A stretch of 59,647 nt of DNA, counting the filler, from Basidioascus undulatus (Eukaryota), in NCBI GenBank assembly GCA_000826855.1. It is 5 parts of 5 records of this genome, joined end to end, with 100 filler letters (N's around TTAATTAATTAA, not from the genome) between each part and the next. Parts side by side here need not be neighbours in the genome. Positions count along the whole stretch, not along the records: positions 23,936 to 35,799 come from JTLS01000974.1; positions 35,900 to 47,736 come from JTLS01000976.1; 3 more parts are not named here. The stretch is one strand, 5' to 3'. Under the pieces are notes generated by a model. That model saw only the letters and a list, made by a program, of their open reading frames with translations. It did no database searches and was not told the origin of the DNA. A program made the translations under genes and the position numbers. Positions 24,222-37,586 of this stretch are shown in pieces; position 1 is the stretch's first letter, and every line of letters begins with the position of its first letter.

Positions 24222-26850
24222 TCACAGCTCGTCCTTCCCCTTCCCTTCCTCCTTAGACGCCGCCTCGGCCGAAGGGTCGACCTCCGGCACGCACAGCGCG
24301 GGGCTCTGCGCCTCGAAGCTGTACTCGCAGCGCTCGAGCTCGGCGACGGCGAGGAGCGCATTGGACTCGCCGCAGACGATGCTGACCTGTCGTGTAACCC
24401 CAGAGGTACATCAGCATCGAAGGTACACAGATCCACTCGCAGCCGCATTCGAAAGAAGGAGCGCCGGAGAGGGAGCGAGGGAACGGGAGAGATGGAGCGG
24501 GAAGGAGGGAGAGGGGGAGGAGGGAAGACAGACGCACCTTGACGTTCCGCTCCGGCCCATTCCAGCACTTGCTCCCGCGGTCGTACACCTGCTTGGAGAA
24601 GCTCTCGGGCGTGCCCAGCTCCGCGGTGGGGTGCCACGACTTGAAGCGACTGTCATGCTCCTCTCGCTTGTCAGCCTTCTCTCTCTTGCAGGAGCCCAGC
24701 CGCTTTAAGAAAGGAAGGAAGGAGGGGTGGACGAAGGGAAAGGGAAGGGAGGGGAAGAGGGAAGGGGAAGGAAATGCGGGAGAAGACGCACCCAAGTGAA
24801 GTGTGCGCCCCGTTCTTGAGCGGCTTCTGCGTCGCCTTCTCAAAGAAGCAGAGTTCGTAGATGTAGCTTTTTGTTCCCCACCCACCACTCATTAGCCTCC
24901 TCCTTCTTCTTTCCTCTTCTTCCTCTAAAAGAAACACTTACTCGCCCTCCTCCTTCTCCACACACTCGCCCTTCAACTGTCTCCGCCCATGGCACCATCA
25001 GCTTCCCTCTCTCCTTCCCTTCGCAAGAAAGGATTACACGAAGAAGAGGAAGAAAGAAGCAGAAGAAGAAGGAGGCACAGGAAAAGGAGGAAGAGAAGGA
25101 AAGGACGGACGGACCTTCTTCCACTCCCCCTCAACGCCCCACTTCGCGCCCCCCACCAGCTCATCCAGCTCGTTCTGCACGCGCTCGAGCTCGCGCTCCG
25201 AGCGGCGGAGGTCGTCGGACGCGGAGGCGTGGGATTTGCGGGACTTGGTGATTTCTGGATCCACCATCTCAGTGAGCTCCTTGCCCCCTCAAAGGACCTC
25301 AGGAAAGGAGAAGGGAGAGCGATGGGGGATGGGGGATGGGAAGAAACGACGAACCAGGCGAGTCCGTCTTGGGCACGTTTGCACTGGAGGGGACGATCCC
25401 GAGCCGGACGAGCCAGTGCACGAGCGTCTCGCGCGCGGCGTGGTACGGTGCCAGGAGGGAGGGGGGGAGGTAGGATTCGAGTTGGAAGACTGGCTCCGCC
25501 ACATACGCATCAGTTTCCCGTTCGCATCAGGAGAGTCGGAAGGGGAGAGGAGAGAAGGAAGGGGAAGGGAAAAAGGTAGATGGTAAAAAAAAGGGGGGGT
25601 AGACGAGGTGAAGAAAGAGATAAGCGCACGGATGCTCGACAAATCGTCTGCCTCGGTCGGGTCCGTCTTCACGCCCGGCGTCGAGTCCAACGAAAGCAGG
25701 AGCGAAACCAGATCCGCCTTCTCGAGCTCATCCAGCTCTTTCTTGTCCACTGTCTGCCCTTCCTCTTTCTTCTTCTCCTTCTTCTCGCCTTCCTTCTCCC
25801 CCTCCTCCCCCTCGCTCTTCGACTTCTCCCAAGCCTCAAACTCCCTTACAGCAGCAAGGACGCCCATGTCCTGGTAGTTGGGGTTGAAGCTCGCGCGAAG
25901 GTCGGCGAGCGTGCCCCGCAGGGCGGCAATGTCCGCCTCGAGCGCGGCGGTCTGCGCGCGGAGGGAGGAGAGCGCGTGGCGCGTGGAGATTAGGTGCGCG
26001 TAGAGCGCTGTGAAAGGAAGAGGGGTTGAGCAATGCGAGATGGGGAAGGGAGAGAGGCAAGGGGTAAGGGGCGCACGAGTGGACTTCTTCGCTTCGAGCG
26101 CGACGGCGGAGACGGATTCGAGGCGGTCGAGCTCGGCTGAAAAATGGGAGAGGACGAGTTGGGATAGTTGGGGGGAAGGGGGGTGGGAAGACGCACCCTT
26201 CAGTTCCCTCTCCCTGATCCGATTCTTCTCCACCTCCCTCCCTAGCCTCCCCACCTCACCCTCCAACCTCCTCCTCTCGCCTCTCGCAAACTTGACATAC
26301 CCACTTCTAACCTTCCCTCCCCTCCTCCTGACCTCCCTCTCCCGCTCCCTCTCCTCCCTCCACGCGCGCCCCATCTCCTCGCACCTATCCGGGCACACTC
26401 CAGGCGCCTCGTCGCTCCCGTCGCAGCACACCGCATAGTCGCAGATGCCGTCCCCCACGCGCGAGGGGAGGAGCGAGCCGGAGATGTGCCCCGCGTTCGC
26501 GCAGTAGAAGGGCGGGGCGCTGGGGAGGTGCGAGCACGCGGATGTCCCCGGCTCGTCGGAACCGGAGGGACAGTCGCAGTAGTCGTCGTTGATTGCGGAG
26601 TGCGGGATGCGTACGGAGGGCGCGCCCCGGCAGGACCAGGTCCCGTCGGAGGAGGGCGCGTAGAGGTGCTGGTCTGCGGGAGAAGGGATGAGCGTTGGCG
26701 ATGTGATTGATGAGGAATGTGAGCGGGGATATAGGACGGACTCTCAGGTGCTACGCCCTTGACATGCCCCCCACCGCTGCCCTGCGCCAGCGCGACGGGC
26801 AGGCTGAGGCTGATCGAAGACCCCGCGAGGAGGAGCGAGACGAGGTGCAT
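24222..26850 (-). CDS. GTB1: Glucosidase II beta subunit (PRKCSH/80K-H), multi-exon
   Basis: Signal peptide MHLVSLLLAG. Motifs INDDYCDCPSGSDEPGTSAC, FYCANAGH, VGDGICDYAVCCDGSDE, FNPNYQDMGV and MRH domain YELCFF..QVYDRGSKCWNGPERNVK..CEYSFEAQSPALC. C-terminal KDEL* (stop 24222-24224). Confidence 0.95.
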
Positions 26851-28100
26851 CGCTGCCCATCACCACCACCTCCGCCTTAGTGAGCCCGCGCCGGTCTGTG
26901 TATCTCAGAGAACTGACATACCTCTGGATGTCTATCGCTTCACGGTGGATTTGGATATCGAGGACAGGCGTGTGAGCTGTGGGATGCGAAAGCGTGTGAG
27001 TGCTGGCTGGCACCCGCGTTTGCCGCGCTCCGGGCCGATGCCAGCGCTGACGTGGGGTGCATGACGAGAGCACCAGACGTGTCTTCCTGCGAGCTGTTCG
27101 GGCTCCTTCATAAAGTAGAATAGTCAGGCACGAACGACCACGCATTTGATACCTTGAAAGGTTGGAAAACACTTTCATATGCGATCATTTCGGGGAGTTG
27201 TGTCTTGCGCCGCCCTCAGACGGTGTGCAGGCAGCCGTCACGGTGGCTGCGAGCAGGCAAGTGTGTTGCTTCTGAGGAAATATTAACTGATAAGCGCCTT
27301 GAAGTTTAGAACTGGCAATCTGATTCCAGTATGCTTGAGCAAAGGTAATACTCGGTTTAGGGCAGGCGTCGCTGCGTCCTGGAGCAAGCTCGACAGCTTC
27401 ATGAACGCAACGCGTTGCGAGGATCAGTCCTGACTCGCCTCTCCATGAGAACTCACGATCTGGTGTTTGGAGGATCAAATCTGGCGCTCAAGCCTCATGT
27501 GAGCGCAGAAGATTCAGAATCCGTCAACTTACTTCTGCCAGCGAGGCTGCCTGACAGTCAACGCTGTGACTACGAAAAGGCCTGCGTGGGACTCTGTTGA
27601 CTTTTGGTTTGTGAGCATTGAGTGTTGGACTTCAATATAAATGTATGGCACTGGAATACCTGCAGAACCACGGTGACACAAGGGACACAGTCAGACTGTT
27701 CGAGTTTCAAGCGCGGACACGCTGTCGTGTACCACCACCAGCCCCCTGTGACTCAGCTTTCCCAGAGGGCCACATACATGACAATTTAGGTCAACCAAAT
27801 TCAACCGTCGGCGTTGTCACCAGTACCCCTCGAGACCTCTAGGCCGCCGGCCCCCAACCAGTCTGCCTTTGTCTTCGTCCTTTTTCGCCCCTATGGCTGC
27901 TCGTCCCTTTCCTCTGCTTTTGTCGCATCGCTCATCCCCAGCTTCGGGAGACTCTGGTGCCTCATTTCCGAGGTATGATCTGGCCGCTCTCGTTCTCTTC
28001 TGACCATTCGCTTCTTCAGTCTCTTCCGTCGCCCCTCTCTAGACCTCACTCACCCACCAGCGCTTCTCTTCTCCTCTTAGCTTCATTCCCTACACCAGCC

Positions 28101-29260
28101 ATGCACTCGTCCAAGCTCTTCCATCCCTCGTCGACCTTCACGGCTGCTCACCGTGCCCTTTCGAGTACCGGACGCTTCGCACTGCGCGCACGATGCATCT
28201 CGTCTGTCGTCCCCCGTCTCGATCTCCCTCTCTCTCGGCGCGTTCCGCTGGCGCTCGATCTCGATACTCGCTGCTGTCATCCTTGAGGATACTCGACGTT
28301 GGGCCATGACCAGGCCCCTTCGTTTTCGAATGGTCTCGAAACGGAAAAGGAGACTCTCGAATTCGACATCGGCATGGACTGGGGCCTTCGCTCCTTCGTG
28401 AGCAAGCTGAAACCCTTCGTGTGGGACCCGTCCCTGGGCGCACGGATGACTAAGTTCAACATGCCGTTCCGGCGCGAGCATCCCCTTTTGTCCGAGGCGG
28501 TGCAAGCCGATATCGTGAGTGTAATAACGTCTCATGGTCAGGTCAGTGCACGAGTGCATTCAGCTCATCGCTCCCCTCGTGTTTATGCAGTGCCAGATGA
28601 CCTCAGTCCTCGCCTTACGGTCGATGCCGAATCTCCGCACTTTCGCGTACCGGTGCCGCCCCCGTTTACGCTCAGCGGGCCTCTCATTCCCGCGCTCGCA
28701 TCTCTGTCCGCCTCGAGTCGTTCACGACCACCCTCGGTGCACTCCTCCCCTCGATCGAGCAGCTCGGGTTCCGTCTTCCCAAAGAGGTTACCCTCTGCAC
28801 CTTTCCATCGCGTCTCGACGCAGCCGACTGGGCCCAGAACGCCCGCCAGTGTAACAAGATTCTTGGAGGCGATGAGGCTCAGGAGGTCGAACGACTCGTC
28901 ATTGAGCATCATGCTGCCGACGACCAGATAGACCTCGTGCGCGCCCTGCTGCAGCCCTTGCTCGGCCCCCGCGTTCCCGGCCTTGCGCGAGCTCTCTCTC
29001 CGGCCGCTTTCGAGGGTATGTGGACCTGGAGGGTATTACGGGGACAGGCGAGAGGAGAGGGGGCTTCCGGAGGGTCTGGAGGACGCGGAGATGAAAGGGC
29101 ATTGGATGGAGGCTTGTCGGGGGGACCACTGCGAAGTCGAAGCCTTCCTGCGCAAGAGCCTCTCTGCTTAGAAGGGGAATTCGGCGGTCGAGCCGGCAAT
29201 GCGGGTGGATGCTGAATGGGGACTGTCGTACGATCTCGTTGTTGAAAGGGCATAGAATGG
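28101..29260 (+). pseudogene. Unidentified decayed protein-coding sequence; ends approximate
   Basis: Protein-like reading MHSSKLFHP...CCHP*GYSTLGHDQAP...EFDIGMDWGL continues through an in-frame TGA (28284-28286). Later segments switch frame and contain stops. Confidence 0.35.
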
Positions 29261-30086
29261 ACGTCCGATGGTACGGGTCTCGCTTAGTTTCACGTTTGAC
29301 CAGCTGGTAGCGATTTCGCGTCGGATGAAGATCTTCACCACCCATTTGAGGAGCATCTGACAGCCAGGCGAGCTCCTGAGAGACGCGAGTTCTGTATGCT
29401 CGCTGGGTATCCCAGGTACTGCAGTTGAGCAGCACTGAACAGGGTCAATCTGTAATGACCCAAGTTACCATCGTGTTGGAATGGCGGCCGCCGTTGGCAC
29501 GACGGTGTAGGAGATTGACGGCCGGTTGCTCTTTCGGTGCATCCCCAGTTCCGCTTTTCTTGAGGTGAATACCGTACAGAGACAATGGATCAGAACGCTA
29601 ATGCGGGGTTGTCGAGCCAGCAGCGCGGGTCAAAGGGAGACGGGCGATGCCACAAGGAGCGACCTATCCAACGCAGGGGCCTCTTGCCTGCACGGCGTCA
29701 TCACGTCTTGCTCGGCAGTGCCCGGCGGAATCGCGGACTTGGTCCCCTTCACAAGCACGTTGCTTCATGGAAAAGAGTAGTCGAACTCCGATAAGCTTAG
29801 CCTGCGTCGAGTGCCTACTGGCAAGGGTTCCGCTTGCGGCATCCACCTATACCGCCGGTGCTCCTCTGTACGGGGATTGAATAGTCCGAAAGGAGGGAGG
29901 GGGTGGAAGTGGAGAAGACCCCGAAATTGAGAAGGAGCAACTTCTCTCTTGACTTTGCCAAGCCCCATCATCCGGCCGCTCACCGCTTCTCGACCAGAGG
30001 CCCATACAAACCCACGCTCCTTACCGACACTCATTGACTCTTCCTCTTTATCGTATCTACAGGCTTTCTTCACATTGCTGCTTGCA

Positions 30087-32116
30087 ATGTCGGCGCTCAC
30101 GTCCGAGGTTTCCGTCCCATACGACGACCCTGTCCTGGAGAAGATCGCACAGGACATGGAAGCATCTCTGGGGCCTTACTTCGTCGGGTTGGTTCTTAAT
30201 CTGGTAAGCAGTGGTGTCGAATCAGGTCCCCTCAATGGCTCTTATTTCTCCTGATCAGCTGACGCTATACCACTACTAGGTCTTGATGGGCGTTCTTACG
30301 ATGCAATGTCTAGACTATTACCGCATGTAAGTCCCGCCGGCAGTTAAAGCGGCCGGATTGCAATGCTAAGCGACACTCTCATACAGGTTTCCGAAAGAGT
30401 AAGGCGCACTTTGCTGGTTGTAGAGCTATACAACCTCTGATGGCCTTCTCAGTCGCCTCCGGAACAAGTGCCTCGTCGGATTTCTGCTTCTGGCAGGCTT
30501 GTTTCAGTCGGCGTGTTTCTTCGAGATGGCGTATTGTAAGGCTTTTCAGCAGCCTACCCTCAGAGCATAGCGGAAGTTCATGCACCTTCCTCGTCTTCCC
30601 AAATCAACAGCCACGTTCGTAGCAGGCTATGGGGATATTGCCCACTGGAACAAGTCGCACTGGACCTGGTACGTGTGCCCAAGGTTCCTGGGTCTGGCAG
30701 CTTTGCTTGACCTACCACTTCACAGGTGGTTCGAGCCAATTTCTACATCCATCATCGCCCTGGTCTGCCAGGCGTTCTTCTTGCATCGGTAAAGCCGAAT
30801 ACACCCTGCTGCTCGGCTTCGGTCGCTGAGGACATTGGCTGCATGCGCCTCAGATGCTATCGGGTGACCAAGTCCTGGGTGGTCCTGGCCGTCGCGATCT
30901 TTGGGATGTTTGTGGTACGTACATTTGACACGAAACCCACCGTATGGTACTGATGCTGCCCATGCTCTGCAGGAACTCGGATCGGGGATCGCCTGCACTG
31001 TCTTTGCTGCTCGTTTCGTCTACCTGACTCGGCTCAACCTCATCCACTCCCGCGTGAGCATACTAAGATCCTTGCCTGGATGTGCTCTACAGCTGAACTG
31101 CTCTGTACAGGCGTCCGCCAGTCTCTGGCTCGCATCGAGCACTGCCACGGACATTTGGATCAGTGCCTTTCTCCTGCGCCACCTCCGCAAAAACCTCAAG
31201 TCTAGCTTCTCCTCGAGTACGCCTATATGCACGCACACAAGAGGTGTTCCCTCTCACAAGTCTGTTTCCAGCCGACACCATAATCCGCAGCCTTTTTCGT
31301 ATCACGATGGAGTCTGCCTCCCTCACGACTGTCTGGGTCACGACCAAGTGAGTTGCTCCTTGCGTCTCTATCGAGCTTTACGCTGGCTGAGTCGGAATGG
31401 TGCAGCCTGCTGATCTACGCAATTGCGCCCACCAATATGGCATGGTCCCCGTTCCAGTTCAATGTGCGCACCCTTTCCCGTAAATGATTGAAAAGGCCAC
31501 TGACTGCGAGTCGCTACACAGATGGGGAAGATCTATTCGTAAGACTGCAACCTTTTGACGTGCAGCCCAGCAGCGAAGCTCATGTTACTCCTTCAGCCAT
31601 ACTGTTCTGTTCACGCTAGCCTCGCGCCTGGATCTCCGGATGATGCTCACCTCCCGCGTAGATGTCGATCCTGGTGTATTCCATTTCAGTCTGTTGAGGC
31701 AAGTTACCCTTCCAGGTCATCACCTCCTCGTCGAAAGGACGTCAGGGGCTCAGCGACTTCCCGGTTTCTGCCACTCGGACCAAAATCCAGTAAGTGCAGG
31801 TGGCTCCGGTGCAGCTACTAGTACTTATGGTTTTGTTAAATTGTTATGGAACAGGATCACCACACAGGTCCAGCAGGACGTCGAAGCTCTCCCCGGCGGG
31901 CTGCACGCCATCGCCGTCGCGCCCTTCAACTTCACCGATGCGCGCACAACCGTCACATCTGGCAACGGCGGCGGCAAGGACAAAGACAAGGACGGCGGCA
32001 GCAAGTGGATTACTTCCCCCTTCTACCAGGCCGACAGCGACGAGAATGAGGACGAGGACGACGGCGACTCGGTCGTCCACACTGCGCATGCAGTGCAAGC
32101 GCGCCGGCACGTCTGA
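30087..32116 (+). CDS. Multi-pass membrane protein of the basidiomycete DUF6534-type family, many short exons
   Basis: Motifs LGPYFVGLVLNL/VLMGVLTMQCLDYYR/FPK, IIALVCQAFFLHR/CYRVTKSW, SLWLASSTATDIWISAFLLRHL, IIRSLFRITMESASLTT and GKIYS. Intactness not fully verified. Confidence 0.7.
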
Positions 32117-32680
32117 ATAGTGCTGGGGCATCCATCACATTACATCCCACCTCTGTAATTACCGTAGACATATATTCAATAGCATAGTGCCTGTTGTACC
32201 ATATCCAGTGAGGCAGTCTGATCGCTCAAGATCGTGCATCTTAAGTCGCCCGTTCGTGCTGACCACTTGGCTGTGCACACCGCCAAAGCGAAGCTCAATA
32301 ACCTCCCGCAGAGAGCATGCATCAAGTTGGATTCGCTTTGTTGTTGACGGCGCTCGCATCGCTCAAACAGACACTGGATGCCCACGTCAGAGTTCAATTT
32401 CGACAGACCGCTCTGTCCCGACAGATCAGCAAGTCTCCGCCTTCTTGAGCCCGATCCATGAGCTACTGCTACGTTGCTACCAGCAGCAGGCGTTCCAGAA
32501 TAAAGGCGTCTAAAAACAATCCATCGAGCAAGTGCCCGTCGCACCCCATCTCCCTCCACCCTCCACCATCCGCACGTCCGCTTCATTTTCGTGCAATGCT
32601 CATCTCATCATCATCACCATAACTATCATTACTGTCCGAGTCATTCGTGAGATCGTCCATCCCGTCCATCCCGTGCGCAT

Positions 32681-35600
32681 CTATCGCGCGCAGTCCGAGA
32701 CGTAGCTGTCCTCCGCGTCTTCCTCTACGTCCGCTTGCCCGGCGTCTGGCCGCACGCGGATGAAGAGCAGCGCGAGCAGCGCGAGGAAGAAGGTCGTTGC
32801 GGAGACGACTTTGGTGGAAGGAAGGGGACGGTGAGCGAGACGGAAGGGGGGAAGGGCGGTGGGGGGAGGGTGGAACGCACAGAAGATCCCTTGCGGGAAA
32901 TTGTACTTGACCATGAAGACGGAGTACGACGCTCCGAACAACAGGGGTCTGTGTCCACGCCCGTGTCAGCCCGCGTCCATAACTCAGAACGAACCGCAAC
33001 GCCGCTACTTACCCAAGCACCTGCGCCGACACACTACTAAGCACGCTCAACGCGCCGAGCAGCTTGCCCGCGTTCGCCTGGTCGTCCTGCAACCCCAGCG
33101 CAAGGGCCTGTATAACAGGGTTCGCCCCCGCGGCGAGCGTGCTGAGCGAGCTGGCGACGGCGAAGGAGACGGGCTCGGACGCGAGCGCGGTCCAGACGTA
33201 GGCGAGCACGTCGAGGACGACGGACCAGCGTACGATCTGCAGGTCGAAGTGCGCGTCTTGCAGCCGCGTCTGGCGCGCGAGCGGGGTCTCCCGCGAGTAG
33301 GGCAGGCAGGTCGCGTCGGAGTGGAAGGACGTTGGACGTGGCCGGGGAGGAGATGAGGAACAACGGGGACGGTGGGAGGAGGAGGCGGTGGACGGGTGTC
33401 GGGAGTGAGGGTGCGGTTGGGGAGGGGCGGGGCGGAGGAGCTTCATGACGACTTGTTTTTCCTATGTCAGATCGTAATATTCCTCGGCATCTGCGGGAAG
33501 CATCGGCACCACATACGAGGCAAAGCAATCATCAAGCTCACGCTCCTCGCAATGTTGAGGAAGGAAATGAAGAATCCGAGCTGCGGGCGGCGGTTCCAGT
33601 TCAGTTACTGTTCGGCTCTTTCGTCGATAGTGAAAGGGAACGAAAGGGAACGCACCTCCTCCGATTGCCATCCGAATCGGAACATAGCGTATTGGAAGGA
33701 AAAGTTGAACACAGCAAAGTTAAGGACCCTGGACGACGGCGCCGGGCGTTGTCAGTAAACTGTTAGCGTGTAGCCGTTAGACGGAGGGGCGTACCAGAGC
33801 GTGTAGGCCATGCAAGCGAGCGTGAGATTATCTGCGTCCCCCTCATGAGCCTCCCTCTCCAACCGAAGCCGCACGCTCACTCAAGATCAAGAACTCACAG
33901 TCCCACCTCCCCCCCTCTCTCCTGACCGGGAGTACCATTCCGAGCGGCCTCACGCACTCGCCCAGTTTCCTGACCCACCGTCTACACGCCGCACTAACGC
34001 GCATCCACTCCGCCCCGCGCGGGTCCGTCATCCGCCGGTCCGCCTCACGCTGCCGCCGCTCGGCGTACAGGAGCCGGCTGCGGCACTTGCGCGCCTCGTG
34101 CGCGGCCGTGGAGCGCGCGCGCGCTGGGGGGGTGACGGACTCGGGGAGGAGGAAGAGCGCGAAGAGCGCGTAGGAGGTGTTTAGTGCGAGGGAGAGGTAG
34201 AAGGGCGAGAGGAGCGAGTGGGAGAGGAAGATGAGGGAGGATCCGATGGAGGGGCCGAGGGCGTAGCTGGGTGGTTTCGGTTTCGGTCGTTAGAACTGTG
34301 CACCTGGAAAGATGGGGAGAGGAAGAACATACCCTGCGAATGAGAGACCGGCAAAGAGGGAGAAGATCCGGGCGCTGGAAGGCGTGAGGCAGGGTCAGGA
34401 CGATGCGCGCATATGACGGTTGAGCTGCGCACCGTTGCCCCGAATCGCTGCAGTCCGCCAAGTACGCGTTAAATACAGTATACACCGTCGTGCTCCCGCC
34501 CAGGACACCCGAGATGACCGAGCCGATGAGAAGGTTCCAGTACGAGCCGGGGAGGTTCGGGAAGTAGACGACGAAGACGTAGATCGCGTCACTGTGAGTG
34601 AATTGATGAAGACGTGAGCTGGGAATGAGGATGGAGGTGCAGCATGAAGGCAGAGGAAGGGGAGACGCACAGCATGACGTTACCCACCAACGAGAGCGCG
34701 AGGACCTTCGTCCTTCCCCTCCGGTCCGACAAGGCTCCATACCAGCCCGTCGTGAGCGCGCCAAGGACACCAGCAATGATTATCTGGGCTGCTCCCCCGT
34801 TTCCACACCGCCGGCTCTCTCAGCAAATTGTGCCCCGCCATCCTGAATTGGAGCGCAAACGCACCGCTGTTGAGCTTCGCCACGGTGCTCTGCACCTCCG
34901 GCACGTGCGTGCAGCGTTCCTGGGCCTGCTTTGCGCGGTTGGGGAGCCATTCGGGCGGGGGGCTCGCGGGAGGATCGGCGTTCGGCGGGGGGTCGGCAAG
35001 CGTGCGAGCGGCGTGGAAGAAGAGGTGGTGCGGGGTGAAAGGGTAGGAAGAGGAGGAGGAGGATGGGTTCGGGATGGTAGAGGAGTAGAGGGGCATGAGG
35101 GGCGGTATGGAGGTTGTGATTGCCGGGAGCGGGAGGTACGTCCGGCAGACGAGCTGGAACTTCAGCTCCATTGCGGGGGGGAGGGTCATGCCACCCTAGA
35201 GGAAACATTGTGTGTTAGGAGCAGGATTCCCAAAAGATAAAGAAGCAGGACGCTCACCGATATTGACGACAAAAGGGTGCAGGGGACGAGCCTGCCGCCA
35301 GCCAAACACCTCGCTCAGCACCCCAGCTTCTCGGACAGCAACGCAAGACGAAAGACACACCACCAAATGCTCGGTCTCCTCCACCAGGTTGTCCGCTCGC
35401 GCACCTTCTCCGTCTGGCCCGGTCGTCCCAACCTCTTCCTCGCTGACCGATCCCGGTCGTCTTCCTCCCTCAGCCCCTCCTCATCACTGCTCCCCAGTAG
35501 GGGCTCCCTCTCGCCCGACCCCCGCCCCACATCGAAACTGACACTCCTCCTGGTATCGCGCTCGCCCGCGCTCAAACTCATGCTCTCACGGCGCTTCCAC

Positions 35601-35799
35601 TGGTCCGCGAGAACCGCGAGGTTCTCCGGGTCCTGCGCGGGGAGCGTGGAGCCCGATACAGCGAGGGCATCGTCCTCGTCGTTCTGCGCCCCGTCCTCGT
35701 CATCGGAGGACAGGAACGGGTCCGGGGAGACGTCGCGCGTGGACGGGCGGCGCGCGGCGGGCTGGCTGGAGGAGGTGGACGGCGGGGGGGAGGGGGCGG
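32681..35799 (-). CDS. MFS transporter (SLC46/TetA-like), multi-exon, 5' truncated at contig end
   Basis: Motifs EREPLL, WWRRPSIW, QLVCRTY, motif A GWYGALSDRRGRTKVL, ISGVLGG..AYLADCS, GPSIGS, FQYAMFRFGWQ and GKLLGALSVLSSVSAQVLG. Ends SDCAR*. Confidence 0.85.
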
Positions 35800-35899
35800 N
35801 NNNNNNNNNNNNNNNNNNNNNNNNNNNNNNNNNNNNNNNNNNNTTAATTAATTAANNNNNNNNNNNNNNNNNNNNNNNNNNNNNNNNNNNNNNNNNNNN
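35800..35899. other. Artificial contig linker
   Basis: N44-TTAATTAATTAA-N44. Confidence 0.98.
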
Positions 35900-35959
35900 T
35901 CTCCTCCATCCCTCCCTCTCTCTCCCCCTCTTACTGAACCCTCCCTCCCCGCCCCCCAG

Positions 35960-36195
35960 CCGACTCCGCATCCCTCGCGCCGCTCGACCTCTACTCGGCC
36001 CTCGCGCTCCTGCCCAAGATGGAGAACGAGGACGAGGACGAGCTGGACGCTGCTGCGGGCGAGGGGAAGAGCCAGAAGAAGCAGAAGCAGCCGGCGAATG
36101 TGGGTGTGGGCGGACGGACGGGCGAGAAGCAGCGCGCGCGGGAGGCGACGGAGAGGGAGAGGAAGAAGACGAAGGTGGAGGGGGCGGAGGCATGA
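35960..36195 (+). CDS. Terminal exon of an unidentified gene (charged tail)
   Basis: Pyrimidine tract, branch-like ACTGAAC and CAG acceptor at 35957-35959, followed by DSASLAPLDLYSALALLPKMENEDEDE...KKTKVEGAEA* with high GC3. Confidence 0.6.
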
Positions 36196-37586
36196 GAGTT
36201 GGGAGGAGGGGCCGATTGATTATTGTCGGATTGTTCAGCGCGGTGTCCGCCGACTGCAAGTCAACTGTGTGGCTTAGCTGGTCCTTTGGCTGCGTTTTCA
36301 TGCGGCCTGAGTGAATCGTGAGGAAATGCTTTTTCTAAAACAAAGTACGGAAATCTAGTCACTCGCAAACCAATCCAGATTTGTAGGAGGTGGGTGACAC
36401 GAAGAATGCAGGTCGCTATTGGCCATGGGATATCAGCTCAGTACACTCGAGATCTAGATCTGGGGCTCAACGGCACGTAAACAGATGCTGCAGTACAACT
36501 TGCTGGTACTCGAAAAGACCAATTTGGCCTGGACAAAGTCGAGAATGACTCAAGAAAACCCTAGCCATTGTGCTTGCTTAGCAAGCCTTGGCCGAGGTTA
36601 CTCTACTAAGCTGGCTTTAGGTTCGCTGTAGCCTCAACGCTGTGGGTGTTTCTTTTTTTTTCACCCCAACCTAAACTTTTAACCTCAGACAATCGCATGT
36701 TTAACTCGCTGGACGTACAGGTCCATGGCAGAGCTGCCTGCCGCTGGTGTTGCGGGCTTTGCCAGCCTGTGGGGTGTACGTTCTTAGAGGTCAGGAATAA
36801 ACGAAGACACCACACAAGTACCATTTGGACAATGAAAGGTTTACCTATCCTGAAGAGCTCCTTCCATATTCAACACTGTCCTCAAGCTCTCTGTGAACAT
36901 TACTGTTGTCACGGCCACCCAGAGCTGCTGCTGCCACTGCTGGCCCAACTTCTTCGATTTATTCCCAACAGGGGGGGAGGCTCCCGTCAGCTATTCTCTC
37001 TATAACAATTCAGAAGAAACCCAGGGAATCCAATCAGGATTGTGCTTCCAAGGCTGAATTGCTTCGAGCATGAGCTCCTTGAGTGCTTGAGCTAGGGTGT
37101 TGACTTCGAAACCCTTCTCAGCCTTGGGAACACCCTCCTTTCGTACCAGCGCCTGTTTCCGTGCAATTAGTGAAATCTTCTAGCAGGGGTGAACCCAGGC
37201 TCTGTTCGCGATCTACTGAGAAGACTCCTCTTGCATCTGGCGAAGCGAACATTCAAGGCAAGCAAACGATCGGTAGTCGGTTGGCGTGTAGTGCTCAGTG
37301 GCTTTCAACACCACGGCGAAGCATCAATTACTACCAGAGCCAGTTTATTACCCACATTCCCCCAAGGGATCAGGCGAGAGCACAGAGAGGGGCACGAGAC
37401 CGATTCGTTGCCAGGCGGCCGGCCGGCCGGCGGTCCCTCCCGCGCTCAAGTTCTTCTCGCAGGCTGTCCCCAACCGCCATCATCACCACCCTCCAGCTCA
37501 CGCGTCGAGCTGACCCCTGAAAGCCCAGGAGGATTTACTCACCCATCCAACTTCACCGCACCTGCTTCTGATCCCCGACCTTAGCC

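Noticed and set aside
24222..24236. KDEL rather than HDEL retrieval signal on glucosidase II beta
   Set aside because: KDEL/RDEL variants are not unusual in fungi outside budding yeasts. It supports the annotation but is not novel.
35580..36301. Minus-strand Pro/Ser-rich ORF 35852-36301 as the missing 5' end of the MFS gene across the gap
   Set aside because: The segments are separate contigs. The sequence is better explained as a plus-strand terminal exon with an acceptor, branch point and high GC3.
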